Notes under the pieces: model-generated
Databases searched by the model: none
Told to the model about the DNA's origin: nothing
The model's input: only the letters and a program-made list of their open reading frames with translations
Made by a program: the position numbers and the translations under genes
DNA from: Chrysomallon squamiferum
Taxonomy: Eukaryota; Animalia; Mollusca
Direction of reading: 5' to 3'
Length of the DNA stretch: 64,000 nucleotides
NCBI GenBank assembly: GCA_012295275.1
Contig: CM022665.1
Location: 18,166,001-18,230,000 of the forward strand
Shown here: piece after piece, positions 55,604 through 64,000 of the stretch
Numbering within the stretch: position 1 is the first letter of the stretch
Layout of the letters: the number at the start of each line of letters is the position of its first letter

Positions 55604-56130
55604 TTAATTCATCTGAAAAACCGCCAGATTCACCCGCTTTAAGCACTTTTCCGATTCCCCACGTTTCCTTAAAACGACCAATCCAATGTCATTCAGTTTC
55701 TCACCATCCTCGTGAACAAGTTTCTCGGCAAAGCCTCGTGTTTTTTGAAGTAGCATTTCACCATTGATACGAACTTCAGGTCTAGCAGCCATTTGTCGAA
55801 ACCATTTAATTAGCGCGGAGTCGACATCTTCAAACGTCACGTGCTTGATACGTGTCACACCGCCTTTTCTTGAATCGGGATGCTCACCCTTCTCGATGGC
55901 CTCGATCACCTTAGATTTGATTTTTAAAATGTTATTTATTATTGTGCGGGGGATCTTAAATCTCTCCGCCGTCAGACCCTTTCTTCTTGCCAGGATTGAT
56001 TTCACAATACATAATTATTTCATACTTCTTCTTATACTAAAAAGTCACATCTGAGCCGCTTCCCAAAATAATATGTTAATTCAACCAACCCACCCACACA
56101 CGAGGCTAGTCACGTGCATTTCAGTATCCC
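55604..56130 (-). mobile_element. Tigger transposase CENP-B HTH fragment, array unit 5
   Basis: ORF 55604-56005. Confidence 0.8.
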
Positions 56131-57105
56131 AACACACAGCGCCAGTCTACATCCATGTCAATAGCTTGAAATAGCGGGTAGATTGTGCGAGACTTTAGAC
56201 GATTTTTCAACAAAGCGCTTTGACTTTTCCAAGAAACACTTTATTGATTTTTCCAAAATCGTGTCTGTGTATGTACATAACACTAGTTGACGAGTGATTT
56301 CCTACTGACGACTTAACCTGCATCCTAACCGGACAGTTTTATTAATATTCAAGGAAAAGCAATGAAGTTATTTTCACTGAATTGCACAGTGACTTGTTTA
56401 AAGCATCAAATGTATGGCTGGAAATTTTGTTTCTGTAAAAACAGTATGATTACAAGTAGTTTATAAATATTAACACTGATTAATTTTCTGATTTTTCGCG
56501 ACAAGGGTCTTAACTCCAATGATAAGATGTTATATTTTATGATTCCAGTGTGATCTAGTTTTGGTTTGGGTTCAGTGTTCTGTTCTTGCAGCTATATACA
56601 CGTTGTAAATACATAAGAAGTTTACAAACATATACAGATGTTCAGTGAAACTTTGTTAATTCAAGCCGAAAGGGGTCAGGAAAATAGTTCACGATACTTG
56701 AGTGTTCGCATTTGAAATAAAAATAGTACTGTATAAATCAGAAAAAAAAAAAAAAAAAAACAATAAATGACTGTAACTTGAAGTATAACTTTAAAATTTA
56801 AAAAATCAAAATATAATAAAAAATATATATAAATTGTTCTTACTAACTATAAAGCATGCTAAAACATCAGTGTTAATCCATGATTATCTCTAAAACGAGA
56901 ATTAATGAATGAATGAATGAATGTGCAATAATATATACCTTGATAAGAACGCACATTACTCATCAAATATAGTTTGTGAAGTGGCAGTGAGAAAACGTTT
57001 AAAATAATGTTAACATGCTTTAAACTGTCACACACACTTCAGCTCTGTTGTGCTTAATGTAATTTGAAAATTAAAGTAAAAGTGACAGCAGCTGCTCGTA
57101 GAACT

Positions 57106-57505
57106 TTACGGTATGTCACTGCTGCCAATACTTTCAACAACCACTTTTATGTAAATTGTGTCATCTTTCAAGTAATTTTTCTTTGGTTTTCCAAAAGTGC
57201 ATGTGAAGCAAACAGTGGACAACCAGATGCAATATTCATCTCAGACGTTGGCCGCTTGAAACTGCTGCTGCTTGGATCTGGGTGGAAGTGGTCTGTCACA
57301 TCATTTTGGTCGGACCTTGTAAAATGGCTGGGTGTAGAGGGAAAGGGTCCGGCCGGTGATAGCTTCATGCTTTCTTTTCATGTAGTCTTTGATTTTCCAT
57401 ATCAGTACACCGTCATAGTTGGCTGTTTCAAGAATCTGGAATCTCAGGTCCATTTCTGCTATTCTCAAATCATAATGCCAATCTGTTAATCATCTGCTGC
57501 TACAT
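57106..57505 (-). pseudogene. TRAF3: Inverted, internally deleted TRAF3 MATH exon, unit 5
   Basis: Same as unit 1 plus homopolymer indels; ORF 57168-57368. Confidence 0.9.
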
Positions 57506-59247
57506 CTAATAATAAAACAAAATGTTGATTATGAGTTATTTTTTGAACATGTATAAAATGTAGCATATGGCTGTACAAATTCTTCCTGTGTTGTTACAAT
57601 TTTAGATATTTTCATAACCTCAAATATCTGCAGTGTTAATTCATGGATTTGCTGTGAAAACGAAACAAGATGTTAAACTGTGGTGCAACACACAAATAAT
57701 TGCTTCTGTTATGTGGCATGACACTGCAGCTGTGGCTGAAAAGTGGATGCTTTAAATATTGGTGCTGTAATGAGAAAATGTAATGTAGGAGTATTGAATG
57801 AATTGCCCTGATTTAGTTTTGCAAAGGAAATGAGTACTTGTTGAAGGATTTTCTCAAGAACAAAGTTGAATCCTCCATTTGACTCACAATAACCTGAACA
57901 ACCAAAGATTGTCAAAGATCAGAGTATTGAACACTGATCAGCATGAAATGTGTGGGGGATTTCCAACTCAGTGAGTCTATAGGCATTTCTGCCTCTGAAG
58001 AAAAACATAGCAATACAAATGTAAAAAGAAATAATTAAGTATAGTTTTATCCCATTGTTCTAAATACAATTAACAATAAAATCAGTAAATGTTAATTGTT
58101 TTTGCTAAATGATGCTGACATGGCAGGTTATAATTTCTCATAAAAATTAGTAACAGAATCATTTAGAATTGTAAATAAAGTACTGTCATCTACTGCAAGT
58201 CAAATTTGCATTGATTTGAATGACGATCAAATATGAAGCTCACGTTTTACCTTCCTCCTTTCTTCTTTTGTTTCCTGTTAAAAAAAAAAAAAATAAAAAA
58301 AAGTATAAAAAATAAAACGGTGGCTGAAAAAAGTCACAATTTAGTATAGGAAAACAAATCACAGGAAAAAGTCACAATTTTTATAAAAAAAACGTGTTGG
58401 TTTGTAGGGTATTGAATGCGGCATCATAGTATGCTTGAGGTAATTGTTAAGCTTATTGATTAGATCAATTAGGTTAGATTAAAGAAATAGTCTTCATGCT
58501 GTGCAGGGGTGGTGCTTGGTTCTAGCTTATTCATTAGGATAGATTTAAACTAAGGGCTTCCTATTGTAAATGATTTATAAAATGTCAGGTTAAAAATGCG
58601 TTTCACTATGTATTCTCCAGCTTGCTCTAGTATCAGAAGTATGTTTAATATGGAAGTAATTCATAGCAATAAGGGTGATAACACAATCTGTTATGAGGGC
58701 TTCAAGTAATCCAAACATCAACTTATAAAGTATAAATGTATGGTTCTAAAACAAAAACAAAAACAGCAATGTTCAGTACACTTCAGTGTTGCAGCTCATG
58801 AGATTAGTCATTACATTGAGATACATGTATGACTTAATTGTGTCATAATTTCATCTGAAGTTTTTATCACATGGAGTTAAGATTATTTATCTGACATTTG
58901 TTTTTCATTCTGTTATATCTGATGACTAATTTTAACTTTCATCTGGAGCAGTCTTTTCATTTAGTGTCATTGCAAGTGAAAAGCTAAATTAACCAGTGCT
59001 ATACAAACAAATAAGTAAATAAATCATTAAATAAAAATGAAGAAACAGTACTGAAAACAAGACTGAATGGAAATGTTTTGCAGGATGGTGGGTGGGGTAA
59101 GAGATTTTACCATAGAGTAAGTATGAATGATGGAGTCATTGCTGATTGCTGATTCAAAGTAAGAGTCACACGTCTGAAATTCTGAAAGTCAAAAAAAGTC
59201 ATGAAAAAAAATACCATGCATTTTTTTTTTTTTTTTTTTTTATATTT

Positions 59248-59775
59248 TTAATTCATCTGAAAAACCGCCAGATTCACCCGCTTTAAGCACTTTTCCGATT
59301 CCCCACGTTTCCTTAAAACGACCAATCCAATGTCATTCAGTTTCTCACCATCCTCGTGAACAAGTTTCTCGGCAAAGCCTCGTGTTTTTTGAAGTAGCAT
59401 TTCACCATTGATACGAACTTCAGGTCTAGCAGCCATTTGTCGAAACCATTTAATTAGCGCGGAGTCGACATCTTCAAACGTCACGTGCTTGATACGTGTC
59501 ACACCGCCTTTTCTTGAATCGGGATGCTCACCCTTCTCGATGGCCTCGATCACCTTAGATTTGATTTTTAAAATGTTATTTATTATTGTGCGGGGGATCT
59601 TAAATCTCTCCGCCGTCAGACCCTTTCTTCTTGCCAGGATTGATTTCACAATACATAATTATTTCATACTTCTTCTTATACTAAAAAAGTCACATCTGAG
59701 CCGCTTCCCAAAATAATATGTTAATTCAACCAACCCACCCACACACGAGGCTAGTCACGTGCATTTCAGTATCCC
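59248..59775 (-). mobile_element. Tigger transposase CENP-B HTH fragment, array unit 6
   Basis: ORF 59248-59649. Confidence 0.8.
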
Positions 59776-60753
59776 AACACACAGCGCCAGTCTACATCCA
59801 TGTCAATAGCTTGAAATAGCGGGTAGATTGTGCGAGACTTTAGACGATTTTTCAACAAAGCGCTTTGACTTTTCCAAGAAACACTTTATTGATTTTTCCA
59901 AAAATCGTGTCTGTGTATGTACATAACACTAGTTGACGAGTGATTTCCTACTGACGACTTAACCTGCATCCTAACCGGACAGTTTTATTAATATTCAAGG
60001 AAAAGCAATGAAGTTATTTTCACTGAATTGCACAGTGACTTGTTTAAAGCATCAAATGTATGGCTGGAAATTTTGTTTCTGTAAAAACAGTATGATTACA
60101 AGTAGTTTATAAATATTAACACTGATTAATTTTCTGATTTTTCGCGACAAGGGTCTTAACTCCAATGATAAGATGTTATATTTTATGATTCCAGTGTGAT
60201 CTAGTTTTGGTTTGGGTTCAGTGTTCTGTTCTTGCAGCTATATACACGTTGTAAATACATAAGAAGTTTACAAACATATACAGATGTTCAGTGAAACTTT
60301 GTTAATTCAAGCCGAAAGGGGTCAGGAAAATAGTTCACGATACTTGAGTGTTCGCATTTGAAAAAAAAAAATAGTACTGTATAAAAAAAAAAAAAAAAAA
60401 AAAAAAAACAATAAATGACTGTAACTTGAAGTATAACTTTAAAATTTAAAAAATCAAAATATAATAAAAAATATATATAAATTGTTCTTACTAACTATAA
60501 AGCATGCTAAAACATCAGTGTTAATCCATGATTATCTCTAAAACGAGAATTAATGAATGAATGAATGAATGTGCAATAATATATACCTTGATAAGAACGC
60601 ACATTACTCATCAAATATAGTTTGTGAAGTGGCAGTGAGAAAACGTTTAAAATAATGTTAACATGCTTTAAACTGTCACACACACTTCAGCTCTGTTGTG
60701 CTTAATGTAATTTGAAAATTAAAGTAAAAGTGACAGCAGCTGCTCGTAGAACT

Positions 60754-61155
60754 TTACGGTATGTCACTGCTGCCAATACTTTCAACAACCACTTTTATGT
60801 AAATTGTGTCATCTTTCAAGTAATTTTTCTTTGGGTTTTCCAAAAGTGCATGTGAAGCAAACAGTGGACAACCAGATGCAATATTCATCTCAGACGTTGG
60901 CCGCTTGAAACTGCTGCTGCTTGGATCTGGGTGGAAGTGGTCTGTCACATCATTTTTGGTCGGACCTTGTAAAATGGCTGGGTGTAGAGGGAAAGGGTCC
61001 GGCCGGTGATAGCTTCATGCTTTCTTTTCATGTAGTCTTTGATTTTCCATATCAGTACACCGTCATAGTTGGCTGTTTCAAGAATCTGGAATCTCAGGTC
61101 CATTTCTGCTATTCTCAAATCATAATGCCAATCTGTCAATCATCTGCTGCTACAT
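60754..61155 (-). pseudogene. TRAF3: Inverted, internally deleted TRAF3 MATH exon, unit 6
   Basis: ORFs 60945-61139 (DLRIAEMDLRFQILETANYDGVLIWKI) and 60754-60948. Confidence 0.9.
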
Positions 61156-61524
61156 CTAATAATAAAACAAAATGTTGATTATGAGTTATTTTGAACATGT
61201 ATAAAATGTAGCATATGGCTGTACAAATTCTTCCTGTGTTGTTACAATTTTGGATATTTTCATAACCTCAAATATTTGCAGTGTTAATTCATGGATTTGC
61301 TGTGAAAACAAAACAAGATGTTAAACTGTGCTGCAACACACAAATAATTGCTTCTGTTATGTGGCATGACACTGCAGCTGTGGCCGAAAAGTGGATGCTT
61401 TAAATATTGGTGTTGTAATGAGAAAATGTAATGAATTGCCCTTATTTAGTTTGCAAAGGAAATCAGTATTTGTTGAAAGATTTTCTCAAGAACAAAGTTG
61501 AATCCTCCAGTTTACTCACAATAT

Positions 61525-62253
61525 CCTTTTTTCTTGCCAGGATTGATTTCACAATACATAATTATTTCATACTTCTTCTTATAAGAATTGGTTATACTAA
61601 AAAAGTCACTATTGTGAGCGCCGCTTCCCAAAATAATATGTTAATTCAACCACTACTGATCCACTACTGAAGACAAGTATATATTAAAATGTTCTATCAT
61701 TTTAATGCAAAGCTACTTTCCCCCAACTGGTTAGAACTGGACCCTCCAAGAAGCTTATACCTGCATGTTATTAATAAAACACACACATTACTTACTAGGT
61801 AAACCTAGAGTTTTTCCACTATTCTTCCAGGCATTTTCTTTTCTGTTGTTATCTTTGTACGTTGACAAAGAACAATCATAAAGAAATGGAAACATCTGAA
61901 CAAGATCAATGAGTTGTTCATCTTTCTTTTCATGTACTGGGGAAATTATCTTGTTTGAGATTGGTTAAAATATATTTTAGTCGCTCGTCTAGCGCGACAC
62001 AAAAGAGAAAAAAATTCTATCGGTATTGTGTCACACGCTGAGCTAGCTAAAACTGACGCGTGTACGCGTATGGTTAGGATGCTCTAACTGAAATCAATGG
62101 TTTCTGAAAAACAAAACAAAAAAACCGTTCACGTCGCTCGCGTCCGGTTAGGATGCACCAGTAGGCGAGGTTTACTGTATTAACAAATGTATTATACACA
62201 GAAACACTCACCCCGCACTGGACGGTTTTCTTGATATGGGAGACAAAAGGTGC

Positions 62254-62290
<37 letters not shown>
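61525..62290 (-). mobile_element. Interrupted 5' end of the same Tigger insertion plus flank (paralog of ~21270-21700)
   Basis: 61525-61651 matches ~21270-21420. ggcgaggtttactg-ta-ttaacaaatgtattata at 62164 matches the TIR and flank at 21542. An (AAT)n tract follows in both copies. Confidence 0.75.
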
Positions 62291-63790
62291 CTACTAGTGT
62301 ATTATTAGTGTAGAAATAGTGTACTAGTCTATTATTACTGTAGACATAGTCTGCTAGTGTATTAATACTGTAGTCCAGTAGTGTATTATTACTGTAGAAA
62401 TAGTCTACTAGTGTATTATTAGTGTAAAAATAGTCTGTTAGTGTATTGTTATTGTAGAATTAGTCTACAAGTGTATTAATATTGTAGAAATAGCCTACTA
62501 TTGTATTATTAAATAGTATAATAGTGTATTAGTATTATAGAAATGGTCTGTTAGGGTATTATTATTGTAGAAATAGCCTACTAGTGTATTATTACTGTAT
62601 AAATAATCTACTGGTGTATTATTACTGTAGACATAGTCTATTAGTGTATTAGTATTGAAGAAATAGTCTACTAGTCCATTAGTATTGTAAAAATAGTCTA
62701 TTAGTGTATTATTAGTGTAAAAATAGTCTGTTAGTGTATTGTTATTGTAGAATTAGTCTACAAGTGTATTAATATTGTAGAAATAGCCTACTATTGTATT
62801 ATTAAATAGTATAAAGTGTATTAGTATTATAGAAATGGTCTGTTAGGGTATTAATATTGTAGAAATAGCCTACTAGTGTATTATTACTGTATAAATAATC
62901 TACTGGTGTATTATTACTGTAGACATAGTCTATTAGTGTATTAGTATTGAAGAAATAGTCTACTAGTCCATTAGTATTGTAAAAATAGTCTATTAGTGTA
63001 TTATTAGTGTAAAAATAGTCTGTTAGTGTATTGTTATTGTAGAATTAGTCTACAAGTGTATTAATATTGTAGAAATAGCCTACTATTGTATTATTAAATA
63101 GTATAATAGTGTATTAGTATTATAGAAATGGTCTGTTAGGGTATTATTATTGTAGAAATAGCCTACTAGTGTATTATTACTGTATAAATAATCTACTGGT
63201 GTATTATTACTGTAGACATAGTCTATTAGTGTATTAGTATTGAAGAAATAGTCTGCTAATGTAATGGTGTTATAGAAATAGTCTATAAGTGTGTTAGTAT
63301 ATTAGAAATAGTCTAGTAGTGTATTATTAGTGTAAAAATAGTCTGTTAGTGTATTGTTATTGTAGAATTAGTCTACAAGTGTATTAATATTGTAGAAATA
63401 GTCTGCTAGGGTATTATTACTGTAGAAATAATCTACTAGTGTATTAGTATTGTAGAAATAGTCAACTAATGTATTAGCATTGAAAAATAGTCTACTAGTG
63501 TATTATTTACTGTAGAAATAATCTACTAATGTATTAGTAGTGTAGAAGTAGTATATTAGTGATTAGTATTGTAGAAATATTTTACTAGGGTAGTTTTACT
63601 GTATAAATAGTCTGCATGTTCATTATCACTGTAGAAATAGTTTGCTAATGTAATGGTGTTATAGAAATAGTCTATAAGTGTGTTAGTATATTAGAAATAG
63701 TCTAGTAGTGTATGATTACTGTATAAATAGTCTACTAGTGTATTATTAGTGTAGAAATAGTCTACTCGTGTATTATGACTGTAGAAACTG
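62291..63790 (+). repeat. 30-bp satellite with ~293 bp higher-order repeat
   Basis: Monomer consensus approx. attattactgtagaaatagtctactagtgt; the same series of variants recurs at ~62411, 62705, 62997 and partly 63320. Confidence 0.93.
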
Positions 63791-64000
63791 GTACTGTTGT
63801 TATGCTCAATATTGGTGCAGTTATTTTACTCATATGATGCTTTAAGATTAAATTTATAATTTTTTTCAATTTTTTTAAAATCTTTTTTATATATGTTGTT
63901 TGCTTGCATGTTTATTTTCTACCGTAGCATTTTTAAAAAATTATATTTATTTATCTTGAATTTTTGATTTGTATTCATTTATTTAATTGGTTTTTTAGTT

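Larger units (their letters stand above)
39981..61522. repeat. Tandem array (macrosatellite) of about 5.9 units of ~3.65 kb derived from the TRAF3 3' region
   Basis: The junction tttcttcttttgtttcctgtt recurs at 39981, 43632, 47291, 50953, 54607 and 58259. The ORF track repeats with a 3644-3662 bp period. Units differ mainly in homopolymer lengths. Confidence 0.97.

Noticed and set aside
39981-61522. Array as a Helitron or other autonomous rolling-circle element
   Set aside because: No Rep/helicase or other enzyme, and no clear TC...CTRR ends with hairpin; unit content is mostly explained by the local TRAF3 3' region.

Overview
AT-rich, intron-containing animal DNA. The repeat content suggests a mollusc/gastropod, but that is inference. 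The window holds a near-complete 10-exon TRAF3-like gene (+, CDS 8181-18114, about 540 aa by my splice model) with RING, TRAF zinc fingers, coiled coil and MATH domain. As assembled, it stops at NYLKDA* and lacks the last MATH beta-strand. A decayed paralog follows (36369-~39985): coding exons 2-5 are deleted and exon 8 is frameshifted. Its 3' end has been rearranged (terminal MATH exon inverted and internally deleted) and amplified into about 5.9 near-identical ~3.65 kb tandem units (39981-~61522), each also carrying a Tigger/CENP-B HTH fragment. The rest is segmental duplication (2092-3565 / 27660-29185 / 31945-32672; tandem 24160-29340 / 29340-32672), DNA transposon relics (Tc1, Tigger/pogo, Kolobok-like, MULE-FLYWCH, possible Sola), LINE/SINE fragments, a 1.9 kb foldback, and a 30-bp satellite with a ~293 bp higher-order repeat. 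The most interesting object is the TRAF3-derived macrosatellite carrying six antisense copies of the MATH exon. Whether it is regulatory, neutral, or partly an assembly effect cannot be decided from sequence alone. All alignments were done by eye, and family calls rest on recalled motifs, not database searches.
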